Of a DNA stretch of 64,000 bases, positions 1 to 11,104 are shown in pieces. A program made the position numbers and the translations under genes. The DNA comes from Acidimicrobiia bacterium (GTDB lineage: Bacteria; Actinomycetota; Acidimicrobiia; Spongiisociales; UBA11373): positions 80,670-144,669 of the forward strand of contig JAZGDZ010000040.1 in NCBI GenBank assembly GCA_036478235.1. The letters run 5' to 3'. The notes under the pieces are model-generated. The model ran no database searches. It was not told where the DNA came from and worked only from the letters and a program-made list of their open reading frames with translations. Numbering within the stretch: the stretch's first letter is position 1; the number at the start of each line of letters is the position of its first letter.

Positions 1-34
1 GCTCGGGCGCGCCAACACGCGGGCTGCGCCCGGC

Positions 35-1135
35 TCACTCCAAGGTCGGTAACCGGATACCGCCTTCGTGCACGGCCCGATGATGTCGGCGGCATAGGAG
101 TACGAGGTTGTCGGGGCTGGTCGATCCGCCGTCGGCCCAGTGCTGGAGGTCGTCGCACCAGCGATGGGGCCGCTCACACCCGGGGAACCGACAATGCCGA
201 TCTCTGATGATCAGCACCTTGCGGACCGCTGCAGGGATCGTGCGGGTAGAACGTCCCACGTCGAGGACCTCTGATTCGCCGCGAGTGATGATCCTGCTCA
301 CGGAGGAGTCACATGCGATGCGGCGTGCCATCTCCGCGGTGATCACTGCTCCGTCATCCAACTCACATGGCTCACCAGGCTCGCCCAGGAGTGCTTCCAG
401 GGAGACGATGACCGACACCTGAGGTCGAAGGGCGCCGGTGACCGGTGAATCTGTGTGGGTGAGATGATCCGAACAGATATCGACCAGAGCGTCGGCACGG
501 CGCTGCGGCGGAGTGCGGCCGTCTTCAGGGTCGAGTTGTTGCGGGTCGGTCAACGACCGCAGTGCGGTGAGGACGGTGTGGCCGCCTTCGGGGTCGAACT
601 CACCGTCGATACGGACCATCCCACCCAACGTCTCCGACACATGCAGCCGACGCCGGCCGTGGAGATGGTCGGCATCGGCTGCGGCGGCCTGCTGATCGGC
701 TGCCTGTCTCCAATAGTCGATCGCCCGGCGAGCATCGGTGTATCTCAGACCAGCCACCGTGTCGACCAGGAGCTTTTCGTCACGCCCAAACAACTCGGCA
801 GAAACCTTCGAAGCCGCCAGCAGCATCGCTACCCGAGGCCGATCCAAAACCGCATTCCCATACGCCTCACGAACCTGAGGATGCTGTGGGAGAGCCCGTG
901 CCTCTCCCACCCGCCGCGACGCCTCCCGCGGCGAATCTCCTTCGGCCCGCAGCAACGCTGCTGCGCTCAGGTACCCGGCGTCTTCGAACAGGCCGCCACG
1001 ATCGATCTCCGCCAACTCTTCAGCAGCCTCGGCTTCGATCATCGTCGCCTCACGACGCAGCCGAAAGTACCGATCGATTCGGCTCTCATCCCAGATGCCG
1101 TCGGTGTCGCCTCGGTCCGACTTCAGCGTCGTCAT
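35..1135 (-). CDS. HNH endonuclease, DUF222-type (actinobacterial 13E12-like family)
   Basis: 366-aa ORF. C-terminal HNH/Zn motif 'RDRHCRFPGCERP...HWADGGSTSPDNLVLLCRRHHRAVHEGG' follows a long helical N-domain, as in DUF222 HNH proteins. Confidence 0.8.
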   Translation of the reverse strand: MTTLKSDRGDTDGIWDESRIDRYFRLRREATMIEAEAAEELAEIDRGGLFEDAGYLSAAALLRAEGDSPREASRRVGEARALPQHPQVREAYGNAVLDRPRVAMLLAASKVSAELFGRDEKLLVDTVAGLRYTDARRAIDYWRQAADQQAAAADADHLHGRRRLHVSETLGGMVRIDGEFDPEGGHTVLTALRSLTDPQQLDPEDGRTPPQRRADALVDICSDHLTHTDSPVTGALRPQVSVIVSLEALLGEPGEPCELDDGAVITAEMARRIACDSSVSRIITRGESEVLDVGRSTRTIPAAVRKVLIIRDRHCRFPGCERPHRWCDDLQHWADGGSTSPDNLVLLCRRHHRAVHEGGIRLPTLE

Positions 1136-1364
1136 TCACCAAACATACGACCCGGGTATGACACGAACCCGGCGCGGCTCCGCGGTTCGAGGAAGTGTTT
1201 GCTGGCATCCCCCGGCGTTACGGAATGTTCCCAGAGCAATCGGGTGGGATCGCCGCACCCTGGGCAGCCAACTCCTAAGAACACCCTTTTCGGGGAGGTC
1301 GAGGGTCCCGAGGGGCCTGGGCCCCAGCCCGCCCGACACGTGCCGTTTTGTGCGGGTATCGACC

Positions 1365-2723
1365 TCAGCCTGGTGGGATGTTGTAGTTGCTGCTGAACAG
1401 GTTGGTGGGGTCCCACTGTTGCTTCAGTTCCACTAGCCGTGCGTAGTTGCTGCCGTATGCAGCGGGTATGCGGTCGGTCTCGTCGTCGGCGATGAGGTTG
1501 ACGTAGACGCCTCCGGTGGCGTGGGCTGCCATGGCCTGGTGGAACTCCGAAGCCCAGGCCAGTACTGACTCGTCTTCGCCGGGGTCCATCCAACCGGCGA
1601 TGCAGTGGAATCCGTATGTCGTATTTCTGCCTCCGTAGGGCGTGGCCGACGTGTCGACCCGGCCGATTGCCCCGCCCACCGGGTCGAAGTAGGCGGCGGT
1701 CAGAGCGCCGACCATGCGAGGCACGAACTCGACCATCGTGTCGATGGCCCCATCCGATAGCCCGTCGAGGTCATGTGCTTTCGAGATGTATCGCTGACCC
1801 TTGGGCATGTTGGCGTCGAAGCCCGTCTGAGCGTTCACGTAACGGCTGAGACGCGCCTCCTCCAGAATCGGTTCACCCAGCTCGGTTAAAGGCTGCACGA
1901 ACTCAACTGCTTCAGGGTCCTGGTGGTAGACGACGAAATCAAGAACCGGTTTCCCGTGAGTTTCCTCGGGAAACAAGTCGATGGGTGGAACACGGAAACA
2001 GAACGGATAACACTGGAATTCTTCCGGTGCCTCGGCCATGAAGTCCCGGAAAAAGCGCAGAAGCTCACCCGCACGGTCGAATGGGTAGATGATCTGCCCG
2101 GACAACACCTGAGGGCCAACCTCATGCAGCTCAAGATCCAAGGTCGTGACTACGCCAAAGTTCCCGCCTCCACCTCGGAGAGCCCAGAAGAGGTCGGCGT
2201 TCTCGTCAGATGCTGCTCGGAGCCGTCGTCCGTCTGCGGTCACCACTTCCGCTGAGATCACATTGTCGATCATCAGCCCGTACTTGCGGGAGAGGTACCC
2301 AGCACCGCCACCAAGCGCCGCACCGATCACCCCAACTGATGAGACCGTCGCCGTCGGAGTGGCGAGACCATGCTCTTGCGTGACGGCATCCATTTCTGCG
2401 CAAGTGACCCCTCCCTCGACCCTCACGGTCCTTGCATCGGCGTCCACACGGACCGCTTTCATCGGTGATAGATCGATGAGAAGGCCGCCGTCGGCGACGC
2501 TATTGGCGGCGTATGAGTGGCCTCCGCCCTTCACCGACAATCGCAACTCATGTTCCCGGGCGTAATCGATCGAAGCCTTGACATCACTGCTGCTCGTGCA
2601 CCGGACGATGAGGTCGGGTCGACGATCAAACCTCGTATTCCAAAGAGCCCGAGCCTCATCAAACGCAGCATCACCCGACTCCAGCACCCGTCCCACTACT
2701 GAACTCAGTTTGGAGGTGTCCAC
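1365..2723 (-). CDS. FAD-linked oxidase (VAO/PCMH, berberine-bridge-enzyme-like)
   Basis: 452-aa ORF with FAD-binding motifs 'LSVKGGGHSY', 'GAALGGGAGYLSRKYG', 'LFWALRGGGGNFGVVT' and a BBE-like C-terminus. Confidence 0.85.
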   Translation of the reverse strand: MDTSKLSSVVGRVLESGDAAFDEARALWNTRFDRRPDLIVRCTSSSDVKASIDYAREHELRLSVKGGGHSYAANSVADGGLLIDLSPMKAVRVDADARTVRVEGGVTCAEMDAVTQEHGLATPTATVSSVGVIGAALGGGAGYLSRKYGLMIDNVISAEVVTADGRRLRAASDENADLFWALRGGGGNFGVVTTLDLELHEVGPQVLSGQIIYPFDRAGELLRFFRDFMAEAPEEFQCYPFCFRVPPIDLFPEETHGKPVLDFVVYHQDPEAVEFVQPLTELGEPILEEARLSRYVNAQTGFDANMPKGQRYISKAHDLDGLSDGAIDTMVEFVPRMVGALTAAYFDPVGGAIGRVDTSATPYGGRNTTYGFHCIAGWMDPGEDESVLAWASEFHQAMAAHATGGVYVNLIADDETDRIPAAYGSNYARLVELKQQWDPTNLFSSNYNIPPG

Positions 2724-2932
2724 GAGAATCTCCCTTCATCAGTCGATCGCAGTGTCAGCGAACGCCAGAATCCAAACAACATCAAGATCACCAACACCAT
2801 GAAGATGATCGGAGAGATCATCCACCAACCACTTCCATCAAACATGTGACCATCACCATCGAACAACCAACCATTGACAACAACCACTGACCCGCCTCTC
2901 CAGCTCCATACGGCGACGGAGCCCCGTGACAT
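2705..2932 (-). CDS. possible small membrane protein (start uncertain; Met at 2845 would give 46 aa)
   Basis: One clear TM segment 'GWWMISPIIFMVLVILMLFGFW'. Its 3' end overlaps the oxidase start by 19 nt. No homology recognised. Confidence 0.3.
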   Translation of the reverse strand: MSRGSVAVWSWRGGSVVVVNGWLFDGDGHMFDGSGWWMISPIIFMVLVILMLFGFWRSLTLRSTDEGRFSWTPPN

Positions 2933-3298
2933 CCTCCACCGATGCCCTCCCCTCGGCAGCCCCTGTCGGATGAGGATCAGAATGGCCGGTGAGCCTTCGA
3001 TGCCACTAGGGGACTAAGACCCCTTGTGCGATTGTGAGACAGATCACACGACCCAGCATGAGCACTTCTCGGCTGGGGCGACGCCTGAGCCAGCCCCTGG
3101 ATTCGGTGAGTCCCGAGTCGGTCTTGATGCTGAATGCGAGGGCCGGATGATTCTGACAGGGGTCCCGAGGGAACCTCGGTCGCCACCGCCCGATACGTGC
3201 CGATCCAGCGCACTTCCCGCGCCCACTCGATATGGCGCCCGATCGGGTGATCTCGGTCGGCCGAGAAGCCGGCGAACTGGATGAGGTCTTGGGAGCGA

Positions 3299-4666
3299 TC
3301 AGGGTTGCACGGAGAGTTCCAGGAGGTGGGTGGCGCACAGCCGGTTGATGATGCCGATCACTCCGCCGGTGCTGAACCCACCGTGGCCCGGCTCCGGACC
3401 AAACCACTTCTCGAGGTTGAGCCGTAGCGCGCTCGTTTCTGCAAGGAGGTCGTCGCCCCTCGGTGAGGGAAGTCTGGTGGCGGCCGCCTCGATCTCTTTC
3501 AGGGCCGCCTCGATCTCTTCCAGACCGTCGGTGAGCCACTGCATGTCCGGATCGGCTAGGCCCACAGCCGCGTCGACTGCCGCGTCGCAGAACGCAAGGA
3601 CGGCAGATGCTTCACGGGCGTCGAGGATCTCGTAGGTCACAAGCAACGCAAGGGTGCCTTCCGCTGCACCTGTCGGTCCCGTCGCCGGGTCGACGTCACG
3701 CCAGTATGAGATCGGCACACTGATCACATAAATGCCGGGAGCGGGACCCGTTGACAGCCGCGGCGCCAGCACGAGCTGCAACCCGATCGATCCACCGGAC
3801 TGGATGACCGTGGGTCGAACATCCGCCGGTGCACCCGTCCCCGGGTCGGAAACCCTACGGCTGTCGAGCACATGTCGGTGCGGTGACGGGGCGATGGCCA
3901 TCGGAGTACGCCATTCGGAGACGATCGTGAGTTGCTGCGTCGCCCAAGCATCGTCCACACCCTCGGCCGTAACCACCGGGCCGGCGGTCACATAGAACGG
4001 AGGCCCTGGCGCGTGGCCGTCGACCGTGAACGCGAACAAGGTCGACTCGGCTGGCGCTGGATCGGGAGAGGCGAGCTGTTCAGACGGTTCGCAGTCCTCC
4101 ACCTGACTGCCACGGGGCTGGTGCCCGGCACAAACGCGGCGGAACCATGCCTGGGGGCCAAAGGCATCACGGGCCATATCCGAGAAAGCCTCTTCTCGCC
4201 CGTCGGGCAGCAAACGCCGGATCACGAGGACCGGATCGCCTTCCAAAGTCCAAGAGATCTCGATCATCTCGACCGGCAAGCCAGCCTCGGCGCGCCGTCG
4301 GTAGCAGTCGCCTGCGTCGTTGATCACCTCAATACCTTTGAACGGATTCGCGCTCGACGGAAACACCAAGGCAGCACCGCAATACGGCAGTGGCGTGCGC
4401 TCGACGACCACGTCAGGCGCCCCGGACGGCACCGGACCCCCAAGGGGAAGGTCAGTATCAATCGCAACAGTATCCCCGGACGGCTCTGACGAACCCGTCG
4501 CCGAGACCGTCGTTGCGCCGACCGTCGGATCACTCGTCGGCTGCGACGTGGCTGCAACGGTCGGTGCCGCTGATGTCGAAGACCCCGACGTCGAGTCGTC
4601 GCTCGAAGAGCATGCGGCAGCGACCGCCATGAACACAACGCTGGCGATCAGCAGACGAGAGCGCAT
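3299..4666 (-). CDS. secreted lipoprotein, unknown function
   Basis: Internal ATG at 4666 of the 599-aa ORF gives 'MRSRLLIASVVFMAVAAAC|SSSDD' (signal peptide plus lipobox Cys) followed by a Ser/Thr-rich linker. The upstream 144 codons look non-coding. Confidence 0.6.
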   Translation of the reverse strand: MRSRLLIASVVFMAVAAACSSSDDSTSGSSTSAAPTVAATSQPTSDPTVGATTVSATGSSEPSGDTVAIDTDLPLGGPVPSGAPDVVVERTPLPYCGAALVFPSSANPFKGIEVINDAGDCYRRRAEAGLPVEMIEISWTLEGDPVLVIRRLLPDGREEAFSDMARDAFGPQAWFRRVCAGHQPRGSQVEDCEPSEQLASPDPAPAESTLFAFTVDGHAPGPPFYVTAGPVVTAEGVDDAWATQQLTIVSEWRTPMAIAPSPHRHVLDSRRVSDPGTGAPADVRPTVIQSGGSIGLQLVLAPRLSTGPAPGIYVISVPISYWRDVDPATGPTGAAEGTLALLVTYEILDAREASAVLAFCDAAVDAAVGLADPDMQWLTDGLEEIEAALKEIEAAATRLPSPRGDDLLAETSALRLNLEKWFGPEPGHGGFSTGGVIGIINRLCATHLLELSVQP

Positions 4667-4990
4667 ACTCCAATCAGACGTCGAAGTCTCCACCTCGGTT
4701 CCCGACCCAACCTCCCCGAGTGTTCCCCTCAACAACCGGCAATCGGTGCGACCCCCCTTGGCCCAGCGCCAGCCTGGGGCGAAGTTTCTCTCCCTAACGG
4801 CGCATACGCAGTGATCTGGTCGGTGTCCTTCGGTGAGCCCATGCGCAACCCTTGGTGTCCCATCCCGTACGACTGAGAGGAGAGAGGAGGAACGGCATAG
4901 AACGGCGAACCGGACGCACACCGCCTCCGTCACGACCAGAATGGATGCCGACTGCTCCCGGAGACCACACTGCCCGAATCCGACACCACG

Positions 4991-5878
4991 ATGCCCCTCG
5001 TCGACCCCACCATCCTCTGGACCAGGGGCGAGCACTGCCGGGAGCTGGCCGGCATCCTTTCGCCGACCGCGAGCCACGTGGAAGGCGACCTCACCCAAGC
5101 GTGCATCGAGACCAGGGCCGATCTACTGGTCACCGCCCGAGCATCGACCTTTGGCCTGGTGAGCACTGCGGTGCCGCACGCGATCGATCCGGACCGCAAG
5201 ATTCCGGCCGTCGTGGGTGCGGTTGGAACCGGACCGCATTCGCCCCTGGTCGCCAATCTGACGAGCCTCATCGCGGCCGGCCTCGGCACCGATGCCGTGC
5301 TCGTCACCGTGTCCCGCTCAGACGCCGAAGACGAGCAGGCAGTGGCGACCCTTGGATCTCTGGATCCCCTGGCGCCGGGAGCCGGCACAAAGGTCGTACG
5401 CGCCGACACCGCGGCCGGGCTGGTCGACTCGCTGCCTGCCGACGCCCTACTGGTGCTCGGCGCCCCCGGCGGATCGTGGTGGCAACGCCAGTTCTTCGGT
5501 CCCGGACGCCGCCTCATCCATCGGGCTCCGGCGGGAGCCGTGGTTGCCAAAGCCTCACCCCGCAGGTGTTTCCAGGCCATGCACGACATCGCTCCACTCG
5601 GTCGACACATGCAGGCTCGCGACGCACTGGCGGTCATGGCACATCCCGTGACGGCGGTCGCCGATGAGGGAATCCTGATCGGCGTCGTACGGCGCTCCGC
5701 CCTCGAACGGACGCCCACCGGGACCGTCGGCAGCCTCATGGAGTCGGTGGCGTCGGTCATGGCCGGCGACCCAATCGAGGTGGCCGCCGAACTCACAGGA
5801 TTCATGGAAGGCTCCCCGATTCCCGTCGTGGACGCCCAAGGAAGGCTGCTCGGCGGAGTCTCGACGCCGGGCACCTGA
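4991..5878 (+). CDS. universal-stress-protein-like domain fused to a CBS pair
   Basis: 295-aa ORF. USP-like 'LLVLGAPGGSWWQRQFFGPGRRLIHRAPAGAVVA' then CBS-like 'VTAVADEGILIGVVRRSAL...PIPVVDAQGRLLGGVS'. Start codon not verified. Confidence 0.55.
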   Translation: MPLVDPTILWTRGEHCRELAGILSPTASHVEGDLTQACIETRADLLVTARASTFGLVSTAVPHAIDPDRKIPAVVGAVGTGPHSPLVANLTSLIAAGLGTDAVLVTVSRSDAEDEQAVATLGSLDPLAPGAGTKVVRADTAAGLVDSLPADALLVLGAPGGSWWQRQFFGPGRRLIHRAPAGAVVAKASPRRCFQAMHDIAPLGRHMQARDALAVMAHPVTAVADEGILIGVVRRSALERTPTGTVGSLMESVASVMAGDPIEVAAELTGFMEGSPIPVVDAQGRLLGGVSTPGT

Positions 5879-6013
5879 CCTAAGAGCCCGCTGAGTAATG
5901 CCGCGACAGAAACCTCTGCGCTGTTCCGCCTGCCCAAGGCCCTCAGCCCTTCATCGATCCGACTCCCAAGGCTTGAGACGCCACCGGCCACTGCCGGTCG
6001 AGTAGGCCCCGCG

Positions 6014-7606
6014 CTACGCCGGGCGGTGGAGTCCGAACACGTCGGCCAGGGTGGAGGACACCTCTCCGAGTGTGGCCCCCCGGCCGAGCGACTCCTTCAT
6101 CGGAGGGAGAAGGTTGGTGTCGGAGTCGGTGGCGGCGACCCTCACCGCTTCGAGGGAAATCTCCACAGCCTCCGCATCTCGAGCGCGGCGGTGGTCGGTG
6201 AGACGGGCAACCTGGTCGCGCTCCAGGGACGGATCGATCGCCATGACCGGAACGTCCGCCGCCGAATCGTCCGTGAAGCGATTGACCCCCACGACGACCA
6301 ACTCGCCGCTCTCGACCCGCTTTGCCTCGCGGTATGCCGAGTCCTCGATCATCCCCTGCACCACGCCCGCTTCGATCGCGGCAACCGCTCCACCGGCCTC
6401 ATCTATCTGGCGGATGATGCGACGGGCTTCCTCTTCAACCCGATCGGTGAGCGACTCCACGAAGTACGACCCGGCGAGCGGGTCCACCGTGTCGGCCACT
6501 CCGGACTCATAACCGATGATTTGCTGGGTCCGCAGCGCTATGCGCGCCGAGCGGTCGGTCGGAAGCCCCAGTGCCTCGTCGAACGCGTTCGTGTGGAGTG
6601 ACTGTGTCCCACCCAGCACGGCCGACAGCGCCTGCAGCGTCGTCCGCACGATGTTGTTCTCGGGTTGCTGGGCCGTCAGCGAAGAACCAGCCGTCTGAGT
6701 GTGGAAGCGCATCAGCCACGACTCGGGCTCCTTCGCTCCGATGCGATTGCGCATCAGGTCGGCCCAGATCCGGCGGGCCGCCCGGTACTTGGCGATCTCC
6801 TCGAAGAAGTCGACGTGGCCGTTCCAAAAGAACGAGAGCCTGGGCGCGAACTCGTCGACGGCCAGCCCTGCCCCCACCGCAGCCTGCACGTAGGCGATGC
6901 CGTTGGAGAGGGTCAACGCGATCTCCTCGGCGGCGGTGGCCCCGGCCTCGCGGACGTGATATCCGCTGATGGAGATCGTGTTCCAGGCCGGAAGATGGTC
7001 CCGGCAGTAGGCGAGCAGATCGGTGACCAGCCGCATCGAGGGTCTCGGGGGATACACGTACGTGCCCCGGGCGGCGTACTCCTTGAGGATGTCGTTTTGC
7101 ACCGTGCCCCGGATGTCTTCTGCCGAGACACCCTGCTTCTCGGCGACCAGCTCGTACAGCAGCAGCAGGATGGCCGCCGTCGAGTTGATGGTCATCGAGG
7201 TGGATACCTCGCCGAGGGGAATGCCGTCGAAGAGCCTCCGCATGTCGTCGAGGGTGTCGATGGCCACCCCCACCTTGCCGACCTCGCCCGCGGCGAGCGG
7301 GTCGTCACTGTCGAGACCCATCTGAGTCGGTAGGTCGAACGCGACGGACAGCCCGGTCTGCCCGGCGCTCAGCAACGACCGAAATCGCTCATTCGTCGCC
7401 TCTGCGGTGCCGAAACCTGCGTATTGACGCATGGTCCACAGCCGACCCCGGTACATGGACCGGTACGGGCCCCGCGTGTACGGGTATTCGCCTGGGGCTC
7501 CGAGTGCTTCATCGGGCTCCCATCCGTCGAGAGCGGATGGGCCGTAGACGGCATCGATTTCGATGCCGCTCGAGGTGCGACGGGGGGTTTCGGAAGATTC
7601 GGCCAT
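6014..7606 (-). CDS. acyl-CoA mutase catalytic (large) subunit, methylmalonyl-CoA-mutase-like, without B12-binding domain
   Basis: 530 aa with '[24 protein letters not shown]', '[13 protein letters not shown]', '[17 protein letters not shown]', '[14 protein letters not shown]', '[24 protein letters not shown]'. It ends before any DxHxxG cobalamin domain. Confidence 0.9.
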   Translation of the reverse strand: MAESSETPRRTSSGIEIDAVYGPSALDGWEPDEALGAPGEYPYTRGPYRSMYRGRLWTMRQYAGFGTAEATNERFRSLLSAGQTGLSVAFDLPTQMGLDSDDPLAAGEVGKVGVAIDTLDDMRRLFDGIPLGEVSTSMTINSTAAILLLLYELVAEKQGVSAEDIRGTVQNDILKEYAARGTYVYPPRPSMRLVTDLLAYCRDHLPAWNTISISGYHVREAGATAAEEIALTLSNGIAYVQAAVGAGLAVDEFAPRLSFFWNGHVDFFEEIAKYRAARRIWADLMRNRIGAKEPESWLMRFHTQTAGSSLTAQQPENNIVRTTLQALSAVLGGTQSLHTNAFDEALGLPTDRSARIALRTQQIIGYESGVADTVDPLAGSYFVESLTDRVEEEARRIIRQIDEAGGAVAAIEAGVVQGMIEDSAYREAKRVESGELVVVGVNRFTDDSAADVPVMAIDPSLERDQVARLTDHRRARDAEAVEISLEAVRVAATDSDTNLLPPMKESLGRGATLGEVSSTLADVFGLHRPA

Positions 7607-7698
7607 CGGTACACTGCGTGGTCGGACGGATGCTAACCGGGGAACTACCCCGCTCCTAGAGACGTCAAATACCCGGCTGAAGAAGACGGGAAAGCGCC

Positions 7699-10167
7699 AT
7701 GGAATTCTCCATCCACGAGGCAGAGCGCATCGAAAGACGGGGACGACGGCTGATGTCGGGGGCGATCTTGGCGGCCATCGCCTTGATCTCGGCGACCTGG
7801 CTGGGCCTGTTCGCGTTCCTCGGCGCCAACACGGCCCACGGCACCCTCCAGGACCTCAGGGACTACTGGCTGCCGGATGTCGAAGCGATGACGCTCGAGC
7901 TTCCCGACCTCTCACGCCTTTCGACCGTGTACACCGCCGACGGCGTCGTCCTCGGGCAGCTCACCGAGCGCAACAGCCAGCCGACGCCGCTCGACGATAT
8001 CCCCAACCTCGTCCTCGGTGCGGTTCTCAGCGCCGAGGACGCCGACTTCATGACCCACGGCGGGATCGACTACCAGGCCATCGCCCGGGCACTCATCGAG
8101 GACCTCGGCGGGGGCCCGACCCAGGGCGGCTCGACAATCACCCAGCAGGTGGTCAAACAGAACTTCATCGGAAGAGAGCCCTCGCTGGAGCGCAAGGTGG
8201 CGGAGGCAGCAATCGCCATCGAGTTGGAGCGCCGCTTCACCAAAGAGCAGATCCTGGAGTTCTATCTCAGCTCCGTCTTCTTCGGCAGCAACGCCTACGG
8301 GGTCAAGGCGGCCGCCGAGGAGTACTTCGACAAGAGGCTCGACGAGCTGACGATCGCCCAGGCTGCGGCCCTCCCGGTGCCGATCCGCAACCCGTCTCTC
8401 TATAACCTCCGCAACGACAGCGAGATCCCATTGCGGGCACGCAACGCCGTCATCGATCAGATGGTCGAGGAGGGCTACATAACGGCTGCGGAGGGGGCGG
8501 TGGCCCGGGCCGAGCCTCTCCGGACTGTGGAAAAGGAGGAGTTCCAGGATCCGGCTCCCCAGGTGCTGCTGGCCGCCAAGGACACGGTGCTCAACGACGC
8601 TCGCTACGGCATCGGGGCAACCTACCTGCAACGCACCAGGGCACTCTTCGGATGCCCGGCCGATGCCACCGACTGTGCAGGCGGCGGGGGCCTCAAGATC
8701 TTCACGACCGTCGACTTCGGGCTCCAGCAGGAGGCCCGGCGGATACTGCAGGAATGGTTCCCACAGGGATCCGACGGCCCGACCGGCGCCATCGCCATGG
8801 TCGACAACCGTACCGGCGCCCAGGTGGTGATCGCATCGGGCCTCGACTTCGGAACCGACCTCGAGGCCGGGCAGCGCCAGTACGACATCGCTACCAAGGG
8901 CAGGCGAAACCCGGGGTCGGCCTTCAAACCGTTCGGCCTCATCGCCGCCCTGGAGCAGGGCATCCCCCTGGGGTCGTACTGGGACTACTCGACCCCGCAG
9001 ATCATCGACTTCGGCGGAATCGAACCATGGAAGTGCGCCAACGCCGGCAGGAACGACCCCGGAATCCGCTCGCTGGAAGAAGGACTGTATCTCTCCATCA
9101 ACACCGTCTTCTGCCAGGTGTCGGTGGCGGTCGGCGCCGAGAACATCGTCGACGTGGCCCATCGCATGGGGATCAAGTCACCGCTGGGAGCGATCCCGTC
9201 CATCGTCCTGGGGACGCAGGCGGTCAGCCCGCTCGACATGGCTGCGGCCTTCTCGACCATCTCCAACCATGGGAGCCGGGTGGACACGTACCTCATAGAG
9301 CGGATCGAAGATGCCGACGGCAACGTCATCTACCAGCACGAGGTGACCCGCACCCAGGTCCTCGAGCCGGCCCTCGCCGCCGCAGTCGTCAACACGATGG
9401 AGAAGGTCGTGACAATCGGAACCGGGCGGCGGGCTCGCCTGGACGACGAACGGCCCCAGGCCGGCAAGACCGGGACCCACGAGAACAACACCGAATCCTG
9501 GTTCGTGGGGTATGTCCCCCAATACACGGCGGCGGTCTGGGTTGGTTTCCCCGACAGCCAGGTCGAGATGAAGAACATCACCGTCAACGGAGAGTTCTAC
9601 CGCTTCATCTACGGATCGACGCTCGCCGCACCGATCTGGAAAGAGTTCATGACCTTGGTCACCGCAGACCTCCTGATCGGGGACTTCCCCCCCGACCCGC
9701 CCGGCATCGGCGTCTACTACCAGACGCCGCGCGTCGAGATACCGGACGTCACGGGCATGGAATTCGAGGAGGCCCAAGGGGCGATGTTCAAGGCCGGTTT
9801 GGACGTGGAGGCCAAGCCGATCAACTCCAACGCCCCGAAAGACACGGTCGTCGGCACCATACCGCCACCGGGAACTCGCTTCGAACAGGGCAAAGTCGTC
9901 GAGCTGGAAGTGTCCAACGGGCTCTCGCCGACGACCGTGATGCCCAATCTCCTCGGACGAACCGAGGCCGAGGTCAACCAGATCCTGCTCGCGCTGCAGC
10001 AGAACAGCAATATCGGGTTTGCCTGGATCATCCAGCAGGCCCCCACGGCGGACGCCGGTCAGCACGGACTCGTCACCGCCACCAATCCCGGACCCGGTGC
10101 GCCCGTCGACGAGGCCACGGTGATCACCGTCACCGTCGGCGTCTTCACCCCGCCCCCGGATCCCTAG
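7699..10167 (+). CDS. class A penicillin-binding protein (glycosyltransferase/transpeptidase) with C-terminal PASTA-like repeats
   Basis: 822 aa. N-terminal TM, GT51 motifs '[16 protein letters not shown]' and '[11 protein letters not shown]', transpeptidase 'SAFKPF' and 'KTGT', and two PASTA-like repeats ('[13 protein letters not shown]...', '[13 protein letters not shown]...'). Confidence 0.9.
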   Translation: MEFSIHEAERIERRGRRLMSGAILAAIALISATWLGLFAFLGANTAHGTLQDLRDYWLPDVEAMTLELPDLSRLSTVYTADGVVLGQLTERNSQPTPLDDIPNLVLGAVLSAEDADFMTHGGIDYQAIARALIEDLGGGPTQGGSTITQQVVKQNFIGREPSLERKVAEAAIAIELERRFTKEQILEFYLSSVFFGSNAYGVKAAAEEYFDKRLDELTIAQAAALPVPIRNPSLYNLRNDSEIPLRARNAVIDQMVEEGYITAAEGAVARAEPLRTVEKEEFQDPAPQVLLAAKDTVLNDARYGIGATYLQRTRALFGCPADATDCAGGGGLKIFTTVDFGLQQEARRILQEWFPQGSDGPTGAIAMVDNRTGAQVVIASGLDFGTDLEAGQRQYDIATKGRRNPGSAFKPFGLIAALEQGIPLGSYWDYSTPQIIDFGGIEPWKCANAGRNDPGIRSLEEGLYLSINTVFCQVSVAVGAENIVDVAHRMGIKSPLGAIPSIVLGTQAVSPLDMAAAFSTISNHGSRVDTYLIERIEDADGNVIYQHEVTRTQVLEPALAAAVVNTMEKVVTIGTGRRARLDDERPQAGKTGTHENNTESWFVGYVPQYTAAVWVGFPDSQVEMKNITVNGEFYRFIYGSTLAAPIWKEFMTLVTADLLIGDFPPDPPGIGVYYQTPRVEIPDVTGMEFEEAQGAMFKAGLDVEAKPINSNAPKDTVVGTIPPPGTRFEQGKVVELEVSNGLSPTTVMPNLLGRTEAEVNQILLALQQNSNIGFAWIIQQAPTADAGQHGLVTATNPGPGAPVDEATVITVTVGVFTPPPDP

Positions 10168-10168
10168 A

Positions 10169-10269
10169 CGATCTTTCGCGCTCTCGTTCGCGGCCTTGCG
10201 CGTAACTACAGTTACTTGATATCACTTGGGTATGGTCGCTGCGGTGCCCGAATCACTCCGTCGAGATGC
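10169..10269 (+). repeat. ~100-bp duplicated 5' module, copy 1 (promoter-like region, palindromes, ATG plus 13 shared codons)
   Basis: About 95% identical to 11003-11104. Contains GTAACT-AC-AGTTAC and GATATC palindromes and 'ATGGTCGCTGCGGTGCCCGAATCACTCCGTCGAGATGC'. Here that ATG opens a 24-codon uORF (10232-10306). Confidence 0.8.
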
Positions 10270-10472
10270 TGGCTGGGCGGGGACCCGGGATTCTGTGCGT
10301 GCGTAATCGGCGCAACCGCGAGACGACACTGTCTCTCGCGGCGCTGCCACCACGAGTATGGTCGGCGCATCGACGGACCGGCGCTCGGCCCCGGGTCCCG
10401 TTGAGGGACGGCGGGTTGCCTCGTCGAGTTCGGCGTTCATCCGGGGAAGGATCATCGGCAGGGAGGCACGCC

Positions 10473-10895
10473 GTGCAGAAACGTATCGCAAGCTTGATGG
10501 CTGTCGGGTTGTTGCTAATGGCAGCTTGCGGCACAGGGGACGAGGTAGAACCCGGCCCGGTAACGTCCTTTGAGGACATCGCCGGGACCTACGAACGCCA
10601 AGGCCCCGGTGGACCGGGCTTTATGCAGTTCTTTGAGGATGAGACCTTTTGGCACTCTTCCGCGAACCGAGACTTGGTCGAGGACCGCCCAACGGAAATC
10701 ATGGGGGCCAGGTTCGAGGGGACGAGGGTGCTTGTGAAGAATAGTAAGGGCCGTTGCGTCGACAAAGATGCCATCGCCGGCGCCATCTATGAGATTCACC
10801 TGCTGGAGAACGGCAACCTGCAGTTCGTCCTCATCGAGGATACGTGCGCGTGGCGTTCGACCCAGCTCCAAGCAGAATACGCCCCCGTTCCGTAA
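10473..10895 (+). CDS. small lipoprotein, unknown function
   Basis: GTG at 10473 lies 6 nt after 'GGGAGG'. 'VQKRIASLMAVGLLLMAAC|GTGDE' gives a lipobox. 140 aa. Confidence 0.6.
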   Translation: MQKRIASLMAVGLLLMAACGTGDEVEPGPVTSFEDIAGTYERQGPGGPGFMQFFEDETFWHSSANRDLVEDRPTEIMGARFEGTRVLVKNSKGRCVDKDAIAGAIYEIHLLENGNLQFVLIEDTCAWRSTQLQAEYAPVP

Positions 10896-11002
10896 CGCCC
10901 CCCGAGCAGTCGATTTCGACGATTCGGCGCCAGTCTCGGAGGTCGGATGACGACCCCGGGTCAGTCTGATAGACGAGCTGCGTCCGGGTGCACTAGCCAC
11001 GC

Positions 11003-11104
11003 CGATCTTTCGCGCTCTCGTTCGCGGCCCTTGCGCGCAACTGCAATTACTTGATATCACTTGGGCATGGTCGCTGCGGTGCCCGAATCACTCCGTCGAG
11101 ATGC
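11003..11104 (+). repeat. ~100-bp duplicated 5' module, copy 2
   Basis: Differs from 10169-10269 by 4 substitutions and a 1-nt indel. Here the shared ATG (11067) continues into a 142-aa ORF. Confidence 0.8.

Noticed and set aside
4667-5991. N-terminal 144 codons of the 599-aa ORF (4667-5098) and the 353-aa minus ORF 4930-5991
   Set aside because: The lipoprotein signal peptide begins at the internal Met (4666). The 353-aa ORF is Ser/Arg/Ala-rich and antisense to the USP/CBS gene.
7912-9162. 416-aa minus-strand ORF inside the PBP gene
   Set aside because: It is antisense to a gene with unambiguous GT51/transpeptidase motifs. Its Arg/Gly/Asp/Val-rich composition is typical of shadow ORFs in high-GC DNA.
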